Source of the DNA: Octopus sinensis
Taxonomy: Eukaryota
Length of the DNA: 64,000 nucleotides
Assembly (NCBI RefSeq): GCF_006345805.1
Contig: NC_043012.1
Span: 7,564,001-7,628,000, forward strand
Reading direction: 5' to 3'
Shown: positions 25,128 to 37,189 of the stretch, in pieces
Layout: the number at the start of each line of letters is the position of its first letter
Numbering within the stretch: the first letter of the stretch is position 1
Program-made: the position numbers and the translations under genes
The notes under the pieces: generated by a model
The model's input: only the letters and a program-made list of their open reading frames with translations
Told to the model about the DNA's origin: nothing
Database searches by the model: none

Positions 25128-25358
25128 CATAAATTATTAGAGAGTTACCACTATGTGGATAGCTCTAGTGCTAAAAATAGCTCCATTAGTAATGTAACAA
25201 TTTGTTCAGGGTCAATCTATTTATTCGTTATGTTTCACTTTCCTTCCGTTAAATGTAATGTTATTTCTAATTGGAAACATCTTTTCTGTGGCTATACTAT
25301 CGGAGCTATTTTTAGCACTAGAGCTATCCACATAGTGGTAACTCTCTAATAATTTATG
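25128..25358. mobile_element. MITE with perfect 57-bp TIRs and TA TSD
   Basis: TIRs at 25128-25184 and 25302-25358 are exact reverse complements; TA lies on both sides. Confidence 0.88.
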
Positions 25359-26302
25359 TATAAATTTGTACTTTCTCCCTAGTTTTTTGTGCTAAGTCAC
25401 TTGGTGTTAAATTAATGGTATTATTAAATTAATATCAATTTTTCACCCTCATTTATAAATATATATATCTGTATGTATGTGTGTAAAAGCGTTTGCAAAA
25501 ACATACTTAATACAGTCATAATATTTGAAGAAATAGTTTCTTAAAAGTTAACTATTTTTAATAAAATCTTCGAAAAACAGAATGACACGAACTTTTGGGA
25601 AGGAAGCTTTTGTATTGTGTGTAAGCGCTTTCGTTGTTCAATTTTTCGAACACACGACTATATATGATTGGTTGTTTTTTCTAGACATATTATTAGAGCG
25701 AACTTGATTCACGTGGCTTTTTTTATCCTCGTTATGTAATTTTTCAAGCATGAAAAGAAAATTCATTAGTTCTTGTATAACGAAGGTACGCCTCTCTAAC
25801 CCTTCGATAGCTTCACTCACCAACTCGTCTTTCAGAGACACTTGCTTCGTTTTCATCATTTCCTGTATTTTTATCAACATTCAGAACAATGTCAATAATT
25901 TCAGAGCACGAAATTTGGCACATAAACTGATCTTTCTTCGTCGACATTTATCCATTAAGATAACTTGCCATTTTTTTAGCGGTAGGTTCTGACACTATTT
26001 GCACAGTCAAACATCTTTTACGTTTCATACATGAAATCCTGCAAAATCATTATGAACAGTTTCAACTGCTGAAAATTAGAGCAGGCCTCGACTTATACCA
26101 GCTTTTTTTTACGTTCCCACGCAATCCCATTCTTTAGCAATGAACATCTTTCATTTCATGTTAAATTCTTTATAAATGCCGGTACAGACCTGCCGGCATT
26201 CACCGCATCTAAAACATGTTTCATGAAAAGTGAGCAAATTTTGCTTTCAAAGAGCACGGTATTCCTTGGTCTTGGAGATGGACAAGTGGTGGTAAATACA
26301 CT

Positions 26303-26630
26303 CTTTTTCTCTTTTACTTGTTTCAGTCATTTGACTACGGCCATGCTGGAGCACCGCCTTTAGTCGAGCAAATCGACCCGGAACTTATTCTTTGTAAGCC
26401 CAGTACTTATTCTATCGGTCTCTTTTGCCGAACCGCTAAGTGACGGGGACAAAGACAGACACACACATATATATACGACAGGCTTCTTTCAGTTTCCGTC
26501 TACCAAATCCACTCACAAGGCATTGGTCGGCCCGGGGCTATAGCAGAAGACACTTGCCCAAGATGCCACGCAGTGGGACTGAACCCGGAACCATGTGGTT
26601 GGTTAGCAAGCTACTTACCACACAGCCACT
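26303..26630 (-). mobile_element. SINE family A with an internal deletion
   Basis: Head and tail intact; about 50 bp of the body is missing. Confidence 0.85.
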
Positions 26631-26952
26631 GTGCAAACATTTTTCATAAACATGGAGTGTGCTGAGCAATTGTCCAAAAGAATTTCGTAGTCTGCTGGTG
26701 CACTATAGAAAGGCACAAAAAGTTCTGGCATAAATCAGTTATAACCTCAGCATTTTTATTTGCTAAGTTTGTTAGTAGGTAGACTTAGCACCTTTCAAAG
26801 CCCAAGAGTATTTTTCCTATTGCTAATGACTTACGTTTGTGTGTACTGCCTGCTATTTCAGCACCAAAAGATGTTAACTCTGGCTTGAGATTCTTTAAAT
26901 CCTACTTCAAATGATAGGGTTCCGGGTTCAGTTCCACTGTATAGCACTTAGG

Positions 26953-27299
26953 GGAGGCGCAATGGCCCAGTGGTTATGGCAGCGGACTCGCGGTTTCGAT
27001 TCCCAGACCGGGCGTTGTGAGTGTTTATTGAGCGAAAACACCTAAAGCTCCGGCAGGGGATGGTGGTGATCCCTGCTGTACTCTTTCACCACAACTCTCT
27101 CTCACTCTTACTTCCTGTTTCTGTTGTACCTGTATTTCAAAGGGCCGGCCTTGTCACTCTGAATATCCCCGAGAACTACGTTAAGAGTTCACGTGTCTGT
27201 GGAGTGCTCAGCCACTTACACGTTAATTTCACGAGCAGGCTGTTCCGTTGATTCGGATCAACCGGAACCCTCGTCGTCGTAACCGACGGAGTGCTTCCA
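26953..27299 (+). mobile_element. SINE family B, tail variant 2, inserted in a family A remnant
   Basis: Closely matches 17992-18373. Confidence 0.85.
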
Positions 27300-28033
27300 A
27301 GGGCAAGTGTCTTCTTTTATAGCTCTTCGCCTTCAGTTAATGTTTTCCTATATGTGTTTCGCCAATATACGTTCCACTTACACAGGGCAGAATTCTTCAA
27401 CTGCTAGGGTTCAGGGTTCAGTTCCACTACATAGCACTTAGGGCGAGTGTCTTCTTTTATAGCCTCGAGCCGATCAAAGATTTGTGAGTGGATTTGGTGG
27501 TCGGAAACTGAAAGAAGCCTGTCGTATACATATATATATGTGTGCGTGTGTTGTCTCTGCCCCACACTGCCACTTGACAACCTGTGCTTGTTTACTCTTG
27601 CAACTTAGCCAAAGAGATCGATAAAACAAGTACGAGGCTCAAATAAGTCGAGTAAAAATTCTTCAGTGCGGTGCCCCAGCCTGGCCACAATCTAATGACC
27701 GAAACAAGTAAAATATAAACCAATGTCATAGATATCGTACAACTCACGCATCGAAACCCTGCGTTCCATTTCCCTCCACCCCTCAGCAGTTGTATTTTAT
27801 CTCGGACCGCTGTTTATGTGTGACATTATCACTGATGTTCTCAGTTCTCTTACCCGCAGTAGCCATAACTGAGGTTAACATTAAGCTAAACAAGCAGAGG
27901 ATCTCCACTGTGACAAGAACAATGTAAAAAATTTCATGAGAACACACGACACGTGTAGCTGCGCACTGAACTAGACTGGCGGCCACGGGAATTTCAAGCC
28001 TCCCCTCATAATTTATCCGGATTAGAAATGCGC

Positions 28034-28407
28034 GGGAGTGGCTGTGTGGTAAGTAGCTTGTTTACCAGCCACATGGTTCCGGGTTCAGTCCCACTGCGTG
28101 ACACCTTGGGCAAGTGTCTTCTACTATAGCTTCGGGCCGACCAAAGCCTTGTGAGTGGATTTGGTAGACGGAAACTGAAAGAAGCCCGTCGCATATATAT
28201 ATGCGTGTGTTTGTCCCCCTAGCATTGCTTGACAACCGATGCTGGTGTGTTTATGTCCCCGTTACTTAGCGGTTCGGCAAAAGAGACCGATAGAATAAGT
28301 ACTGGGCTTACAAAAGAATAAGTCCCGGGGTCGAGTTGCTCGATTAAATGCGGTGCTCCAGCATGGTCGCAGTCAAATGACTAAAACAAGTAAAAGAGTA
28401 AAGAGAG
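28034..28407 (+). mobile_element. SINE family A
   Basis: Matches consensus. Confidence 0.9.
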
Positions 28408-28699
28408 TACCGGACAACTAGACGCTAAAAAATGATGATACACACTCATGATGGGTGTCTTTCAGTTTCAGTTTCTTTCTACCGAATCCAATCAGAAGGC
28501 CTTGGTCTATCAGGGCCAAAAGTACTTTGCAGTGAGACTGAATTCGAGACTACATGGTTGAGAAACAAGCTTTTTAACCACAGAGCCATACGCAAACACA
28601 CGTACAAGCCTTTCAACTCTCACTTGCAAGGATTTGGTTGACCCAGGGGCATATAAAACACTTTCCAAGGTACCGAAATCAAAACCATGTGAATGGGAA

Positions 28700-28965
28700 G
28701 GAAGCTTCATAACTGCACAACCAATCCTTCAACTTAGCATCGGAAGGAACCAACTTCGTGCAAGCTTGAAGGTATGCTAGCAAAACACCGCTTCTGTGAT
28801 TGTGGTTTTGTGACACGATGCAAAGCAGGCTTTGCCGTCCACTCATGGCTAGCAGTAAATGATCCACAAGGGCTCGAGCAAACCGAGTCCTCAACTTGTG
28901 CCATTTGCCAAAAGGTTTGCAAGGTACCAGCAGGCCTCAAAAGACATGCGTGTCCATACATGATT
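28700..28965 (+). pseudogene. Probable RTE-type LINE C-terminal remnant with two C2H2-like motifs
   Basis: CDCGFVTRCKAGFAVH and CAICQKVCKVPAGLKRH resemble the Cys/His tail of RTE ORF2. Confidence 0.5.
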
Positions 28966-29293
28966 GCCGCTTTATTTTACTGAACTCTCTTTTGTCGTGC
29001 ACGAGAGAATCCCTTATATATATACATATTTTCTGTCCTTGTTTCGTATACATTCGATCCTTTTTCCAAGAAATCTAATGCTCGTAGCTTAGTTTTTCCT
29101 TGGGGCTGTCCGGATCGGAGCGATCTCAAGATTAATCAGCCGAAATTGCGAGGATGATCCGGTTCTTGACTGAAGATTAGAGGCTTCGAATGACCCGTCC
29201 GTTTTTTGTGTCGTCTATTTGAATGTTTTGCGTTCTTTTCCCATTTTGTATTTTATATATATTTTTTATACATGCATACATACATATATGAGT

Positions 29294-29672
29294 AGGAGTG
29301 GCTGTGTGGTAAGTAGCTTGCTACCCAACCACACGGTTCCGGGTTCAGTCCCACTGCGTGGCATCTTGGGCAAGTGTCTTCTGCTATAGCCCCGGGCCGA
29401 CCAATGCCTTGTGAGTAGATTTGGTAGACGGAAACTGAAAGAAGCCTGTCGTATATATGTATGTTTGTGTGTCTGTGTTTGTCCCCCTAGCATTGCTTGA
29501 CAACCGATGTTGGTGTGTTTACGTCCCCGTCACTTAGCGGTTCGGCAAAAAGAGACCGATAGAATAAGTACTGGGCTTACAAAGAATAAGTCCGGGGTCG
29601 ATTTGCTCGACTAAAGGCGGTGCTCCAGCATGGCCGCAGTCAAATGACTGAAACAAGTAAAAGAGTAAAGAG
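29294..29672 (+). mobile_element. SINE family A
   Basis: Matches consensus. Confidence 0.9.
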
Positions 29673-30732
29673 TATATATATATATATACTTATACGTTTC
29701 TATACCTACATATATATGTATATACACATGCATATATGTTGCCTGTCTCGTTTCTCTATTTGTTTCTTTCGTTGTTCAAAAAAAATAAGTTCATTTTCCA
29801 TTTTATCCACGTTTTTTTTTACGTCCTGTACCCATATATGCATATTTATATACATGTACATGTATGCATATATATATTTTTATATGATCGAACGCCACGC
29901 ATCCATTTCCAAGTAAGTTTTATCTTAATTCCCATGCGACACTTGTATCACTATCTCTATTCTCCGCTCTTCTTTTTTTCTCTCCCACCCTTTCTCTAAT
30001 TCTTCTCCTCCCCCTTCATCGTTCTCTATCTCTCCCTCCTTGACTATCGCGTTGCTCACACGTGACCAGCGGCTATCTTACTTTCTCCTAACGCTGCAAG
30101 AGACAACAAACATTTTCGCCCGTCTCCTGTCAAAGCTTGTTCCTCCAGCGTTCACACTTCACCCTGTTATAACCTAACAGCCCTTAACGTTTGTTACCAC
30201 TTCAACCCTCTTTGCAGGAACGACTGTTTTGACGAAGACGCATCTTGTCCTAAATGTCCGAAATGTGGAGTAGATAAAACAGGGGACAACTGATGAAGGA
30301 ATTGTTCTTTTTGTTGCCTGTCTCGTTTCTCTGTTTCTTTCGTTGTTCGAAAAGAAAGTTCGTCTTCCATGTTGTCCAAGTCCTTTTGACGCCCTGTGCC
30401 CATATATATGTATGTACATATATTTATGCATATATATATATATATATATATTATTACATGATCGAACGCAACGCATCCATTTCCAAGTATGTATATATGC
30501 GTGCGTGTGTGTGTATCCGTGAGCGAGAAGACAAAGGGACTTGCATCTGCTGATGGCAAGATGAATAAAGGGCCTGTTCTCACATCTTTCAGAAATGTTG
30601 TATAGCGGATACAAGATAAGTGACGAAGGAAGCGATCTCTAATAAATTTGGGTAAATTCTTATTTTGTATCAGATTATTACACCTTTCCAGCCAAGCACC
30701 CTATTATCTATAATGTATCTAATGCTTTTTAA

Positions 30733-30927
30733 GCATATCTCTAGAGATTTTCTATAGAAATTAGAGCCAGCGCCGAGAGTTACGACGTTTCGTATACAAA
30801 TACGTCTATGTAAACAATGGGATCGAAAATTTAGTGGTGTATTTTTCTATCTTCAATTGCATTGTTTACATAGACGTATTTGTATACATCTAAGTACTGT
30901 CTCTAATTTAATAAATCTTTAGAGAAC
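30733..30927. mobile_element. Small TTAA-flanked MITE with an internal perfect 28-bp inverted repeat
   Basis: Arms at 30792-30819 and 30860-30887 are exact; there are imperfect outer TIRs, and TTAA at 30729-30732 and 30928-30931. Confidence 0.6.
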
Positions 30928-31717
30928 TTAAGATCTTTTGTTTTATATATATATATATATAGAAGGGTTGACAACAGGCGGTGAATCCAGTCGTAGAAAA
31001 CGTCTCAAATACCTATCTGTGCAAGCCAATCTTGCATGGCCAGTACGTAGTCTTCAGTGAACAGTTGTTCAACCATTGAGCTGTTTCAAGGACTATGGGA
31101 AGTACTACCCTAAAAACCAGCCCAAAGTCTTGTCAACACCATGGAAAAGTGGATGTTAAAATAAAAGATTAGGCTGTCTGCTCATCATTTAACCAGTTTT
31201 CCATGCTGGAAAAGATTGGTCAGTTTCACAGGAGCTAGCAAGCTGTATGACTGCACTAAGCTCTGTTTGCTTTAGAATGGTTTCTATGGCTGGATGCTCT
31301 TCCTGATGCCCGAAACTTTACAGTGCACTAGGTGCTTTATATGAGGCACTAGCACTACCAATGACACCAAGTAACTTGCAAAACACCTCAACTGAAAGGG
31401 AGTGGTTTTGTGCCAGGTGATGAGAGATCAGATTATGATACAGTGACAAACAGGTGTCTTGCTGCAGGGGTAACCCCAGTCGGAGCGTGTAGTTGACAAA
31501 TCAACATTCATGTAGCAGCTCCATGTACATTTCATGGAAAATTAATGTTGTTACACCAAAATATAAAAAGGGGCCATCAGTGGGCCCTTCTTAGCTAGGA
31601 ACAGAACAGAATTCCAACGTTTTTTTTGGAATTGAAAATCCCCAAAAGCTACAATTCTTGTCATAAGACAAACATTATTTAAATGGTAACCCACAAAAAT
31701 CAGAACCAGCTGGAATA

Positions 31718-32218
31718 CACAGGGTTGGCCAAAAGTCAGCCGACAGTAAATCAAAAGTCCATAATTACTATCTATAATTCTGTATTGACTTGAATGGAAA
31801 AATGTGTCACTCAAGGACTTCAGTTTGAACAATTTTCATGATTAGAAAATTACTATTTGTAAATCTCACGAGAGAGATTGAGCAACAGTACTTTGGAGTA
31901 AAGATTGTTTACCAACATAACATGGCAGTCCTGGCTTAGGACAAATATTAGCCCCAAGAGACCATCTCCAGCTGGCTATACATGATCTGTTTCCTTACAT
32001 TTTCAAACAAGAGAATCTAGCAGATCATGTCGTATAGCCAGCTGGAAACATTTTCTCCTGGGGCTAAATTACAGCAACATTTGTTCTAAACAGGACTGCC
32101 ATGTTATGTTGGCAAACAATCTTTACTCCAAATTTTCATGATGTTTCATAGTCATTCAGTTGTTAAACATAAATAATGGTTTTGATTTACTGTCAGGTGA
32201 CTTTTGGCCAACACTGTG
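31718..32218. mobile_element. Tc1-like foldback MITE
   Basis: TIRs CAG(G/T)GTTGGCCAAAAGTCA..GACAGTAAATCAAAA, plus an internal ~100-bp inverted repeat (31892-31989 / 32021-32132). Confidence 0.8.
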
Positions 32219-32938
32219 TTCAGTGTAGATTATTATCAGCTACAAAATATTTGGTACAACAGCTGACAGATGATTGATCTGAGATGTTGTAGAGACAGAA
32301 CTGTGTGTGTGTGTGTGTGTGTGTGTACATATATGGATGCCACGAAATTCTGTTCAGTATTTTAACAAACAAGAGCTATGTGCTCCTTGGTGGCTCATCA
32401 ATATTCTTTCCATAAAGCAGTTCTCCACAATTTACTATTTGACCAAATCTGGGTAATCTGATTCCAGGAATACGAACACTGCAAATGTCAATATGAAAGA
32501 CTCAAACAGCAGCTACTACCTATATAGCCCAGCAGAGTGGTGACTGCAGAGGCTAATGGAAACAGCTGCTGAATAAACTTCACAAATGGCTCAAAATTGG
32601 TACATGTGTAAAATATATATTGATAGAAAGAGTAAAGGGATAGGATTAGTTGAGAAATATTAAGCATTTCTTCAATTAATTTACAATGTAAAGAGATTCG
32701 AAATGTAAATGAGGGTAACATCTGGTCCAGTACACCTTAAGTCCTCTGGAACAATTATAATTTTCAAAACATGAGGGGTTTGACTGTGTTTCAAGGATTG
32801 ATAAAAGGACATGGAAAGTAATATGTTCCAATATTGAGCCAATTGTACAACAAATTAGTAAAAAAAAAAAAAATTTAAAAAAAAGGTAAGAAGAAAACCA
32901 AATCCATATTTTATGATATATATATTCTGAAACCAACT

Positions 32939-32944
32939 TTTATT
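32939..32944 (-). promoter_or_regulatory. Candidate hnRNP K polyadenylation signal (AATAAA), giving a 3' UTR of about 1.3 kb
   Basis: AATAAA on the minus strand followed by a GT/T-rich downstream element; not validated by transcript data. Confidence 0.5.
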
Positions 32945-33435
32945 AACACCAAATCTGCCAAAACAGGTGTATTCACAAACCTATGTGTACGCCAGCTGAA
33001 ACAATATTTAAAAGGAGAGAACACCCCCATGCCCCCTTCCCCTCCCCCTAGTTGGCAGCCTCAGGTGGTGGTTAACTACTGCAACACATGGAACTCACAA
33101 CATTAACTAAATCAGTACCTAACAATGAGATCCATACACATCAGAATAATGGGCGGCAATGATGAATATTAATAATAATCATAATAATAATAATGCTTGC
33201 TCTGGCCATTTGAAGTTGTTCCCCATAGTTCTCCCTTTTTTTTCTTTTCTTTTTTTTTTTTATATTTTTCAATGAGAGGAATGCTAAAGTTAATGAACAT
33301 GAAATGAAATATACAAATGTGACAGAAACAATGTATGAGTGAGTGGTGTATGTGCATGCATAGTTTGGGGGGTTGTTTTTTTTCTTTTTGGTTGGGGGTA
33401 TGTGTTTGTGTGTGCGTGTGAATATGTATATATAT

Positions 33436-33479
<44 letters not shown>

Positions 33480-34267
33480 CAGTGAGTTGACGGATATTAA
33501 GTTACTCAATAAGACAACAAAAAAAAAAGTGTTCATAACTAAGAATCAGATAAAATTTAAAGTAGTGCTCTATATATAATATGCATGTATGTGTATATGC
33601 TTTATATATATGCATATATAAAATACATGCATACACATGAATATACACCAGATAAACTGAGGTCAGTGGGGTCCAACTGACAACTGGTGATGGTGGCGGC
33701 GGCGGGTAAAAAAAAAAAAAATTAAAAATTAAAACGTGATAAAGAAAACTCCGCCCATGTTTAGGAAATTACTTTTTTTTTCTTTTTCAACTAAGAGCTA
33801 AGATATAAAAATAGGCCCTCTACTACCATTAGGATCAATAAAATTAGGAAGTGCAAAGGATAGATGCTGAAATACATAGATCACTATAAAGAAAGAAAAT
33901 GGATTGAAAAGAGCAATGTGGGCAGCAGTGTGCAAAGTGGCATTGCCATTATTAACATGTGCCAGAAGCTACAAAAACAGCTATTGTACTCCACATTGAA
34001 TATACAGCTGCCATCCTACATTTCTGCACCACCCACATAGTAGACATGTTGCTTTTTCTTTTTTTTTTCCCCATTTTTATTTTGTTGTTGTAGGCATTCT
34101 TGCCTTTCATATTAACTGAATCTGACTGTTGTATCTTTCCAAACCAACCCTTTTAACTAAATTTGTTTGTTTGTTTGTTTTCTGTCCCATCCCAAAAACC
34201 ACCCAGCCCTTCTTCCTTCCAATTTTGCCAGCTTCTGCCCTGCTAGAGTTGCCATGCAGTGCAGGCC

Positions 34268-34295
34268 TCAAAATTTATCTGAATATTTCCGCACA
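34268..34295 (-). CDS. HNRNPK: hnRNP K last coding exon: (S)VRKYSDKF*
   Basis: tttttgttttcag acceptor in phase 2; resembles the vertebrate C-terminus SVKQYSGKFF. Confidence 0.88.
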
Positions 34296-36239
34296 CTGAA
34301 AACAAAAAGAGGAAAATGATTTACTATCAAAAAGACAATAATAAAATTAAGTCATTTTCATCAATAAATTACAAAGAAAAAAATCCAACTAGAATTTATA
34401 TAAAACATAACCTGTAATTACAAGAGAGAGGCTGGGACGGTTAATCTAGCCTCTCCACTATTATTGAATACAATAGTCAATTTAACTATATAAAATGATG
34501 GCAGTAAGGTTTGTAAGTTGACAGTAAATTTCTTATGCTAAAGGTGAATTAGTTGAGATTAAGGGGTTGGGGAAATTAAAAAAACAAATAAACATGAAGT
34601 ACAGTTGATCATGGTATAGTGTAGGAAGTGTTTAAGAGATTAGTCTACATGTCTTAGTGCTTTCCCTACGAACTAGTTGGAGCAATGATGTAGATACACA
34701 ACACATTGAACAGTAAGTAGGCTTGTGGGTTAGAATCGACTAGTTTTAAAATCCCTAGGTCTGAGAAACAAATGTGAAAATAACTTCTCCCAACTCTGTA
34801 GGTACTAACAAAAAAGTATTTTCATTATAAGCCAAGATTATTCCTATGTTGTAACTAAAAATTCTCCCTTTCCCACAATTACACAAGTTTGATAAATGCT
34901 ATCAGTTAATTCAAAGCTATCTGATTTTCAGGAACATGAATATCAGCTTACGATATATAAGCATACATATCTTGAAGTTAGTTACTTATATATAATCAAG
35001 TACATAAAGCAAAACTGATATGAAACAGAAGAGAAAGAGTCTAATGGTACAATACATATAAAGGAAGTTTGCAGGAATTAAACCCTCCCAACTTTGTAGT
35101 CAAAACATGTTGGTAAATGCAATTACAGTAAATTGTCTATGGATTAGAGCATAACAGTTTTAGAAATCGGATGTTCCAACAACTGGACATCACAAAACAA
35201 CCTTTATGTTGTTATAGTAGCAATAACCAGGTTATAACGATTTTTATAATATTCCTAAGAAGTTCAGAAAGAAATCTAATTGATTAACCCTTACATCACT
35301 GTGGATAGTTTCTACGATTGTGCTAATAAATCAAGTTGTATGTGAAAAGTTATGTTAAATATTTTAACCCTTTTGTTGCAATACACTGCCTCTGTTCTAT
35401 TTAATTTTGAAAATAAGAATTTAGTATCAAAAAGGTTAAAACCAGTCAGAGTTTGAGAATGGAAATTAACAGAAAAGCTATTTATGTCTGAACAAAGCAC
35501 AAAAAACTTTGTTTAGTCCAGTTGCTCACTTCTTATCTAAATATCCAACACATAAAAATTCTATTAAGCGTTACTTATTTTCATTTACCAACTGATGCCA
35601 AAGATTCTACAAACTGACACATCTGACTAGTTTACCAAAACAAATTTTCAAACTGAGTCACCTGTCTGGAACACCTGTAACTCAGTTTCCAAACTATAAA
35701 TATATCTCCAACAAAATAAATAAATGCATTTCATTTCTAAATCAACAGGAAATAACTAGCAATAGAAACCATTTTCTGGAGTATATGAATAGGAAAAGGA
35801 AAATTTTGTTAGAAAATGTGTTTTTTTTTAGCATTTATAAGGGCAACGAATGGTATCTCTTTGTGTTGTCATTCCAACCTTTTGAGTTTGATTAGTCAAA
35901 GACTGGGTCGATTTAATGGGTATTATTGTACTCAGTAAACAACAACAAAAAAATTCTGAAACAAGAACCCCATTCTGGTTTATAATTTCAAGAAATTTTA
36001 CTTTTCCCTTAAAAACTTGGCTGTTAAGTAAAATTTAAAAAAAAAAAAAAAAAAACTTTCCTCAAAATGACATTTGCTAACAACTGACCTAAGCTGGGAA
36101 TGAACACTTTCTACTTGCTTGCCATTTACAGCCAGGGAAGAAAAAACAAAAACCAGGCTGCCATGAAAGAATATGCTGTATAAGAGTTGCAATGTTGCAG
36201 AATTGTTCTCCAGTAAACAACTGTTATTATCCTGCTAGA

Positions 36240-36460
36240 AGGCAGTGAGCTGGCAGAATCGTTGGCATGCCAGGCAAAAAATGCTTAGTAGCATTTTGTC
36301 CATCTGTCCTTACATTCTGAGTTCAAATTCCACTGAGGTTGATTTTGCCTTTCATCCTTTCAGGGTTGATGAAATAGGTACCAGTTGTGCACTGGGGTTG
36401 ATATAATCAACTTAACCCCTACCCCAAAATTTCAGGCTTCGTGCCTATAATAGAAAGGAG
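36240..36460 (+). mobile_element. CpG-decayed SINE family C copy in the last hnRNP K intron
   Basis: Colinear with 23325-23554. Confidence 0.8.
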
Positions 36461-37189
36461 TGTTATCCTGCAATTCATGTAACTTAGTATATTTCATACT
36501 TAGGTTTCCCATCAATGTGCACCCACACTGACAGTAGCTATTGTAGATAAATTTTTTTAAAATTTCAGCTATGTACGTATTTATACTTCCTGACTTAAAT
36601 ATTTCCTGAAGACCTAAATTAGAATTTATCTCCAGTTTCAACACAAACCTAACACATAGGGCAACAAATCACAAGACATTTAATCAACACGTGTATTAAT
36701 TATTAACTTTGTATGTCAAATCAATTATTAGAATATAATAATTTATACCAAGGACGCATGGAAACTTTCCTAAAATTGAAATCTAAAATTTAGGAAGAAT
36801 TCTAAACCGATTCCAACAAGTTGCTTCAGTTTTCACCGTAATTTCGCTCTGTAAACATGTCATGCACATTTAAACATTTCATTATTTTACATTTAAAAAT
36901 ATTAAATAAAAATTAGTTTGTAACATGCCAATCACAGTACCAGTTCTGGATAGTGGTTATAACGATAGTAGTAGTAGTAGTTATAATAATAATAGTAGCA
37001 AACAGTAGTAATAGTAGTAGTAATGACAATAGTAGCAGCAGCAGAAACAGTAGCGGAGCTGAAGGTTAGCAAAGCAGCAGTGGTGGGCAGCCATCAACAA
37101 GGGATCCAGGAGGGGGTCAATCGAATGAGTGGCAGTTGTGAGGGAAGGGAGAAGAGGATAGGGATGAGCAAGAGCTGGTGTTGCTGCTA

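Noticed and set aside
25638-25992. 80-aa ORFs as a possible transposase remnant
   Set aside because: No recognisable motifs; the surrounding frames are full of stops.
30250-30310. CTGATGA and GAAA motifs suggesting a hammerhead ribozyme (also CCTGATGAAG on the minus strand near 25020)
   Set aside because: Stem II and stem III pairing could not be built, and the GAAA is missing or misplaced.
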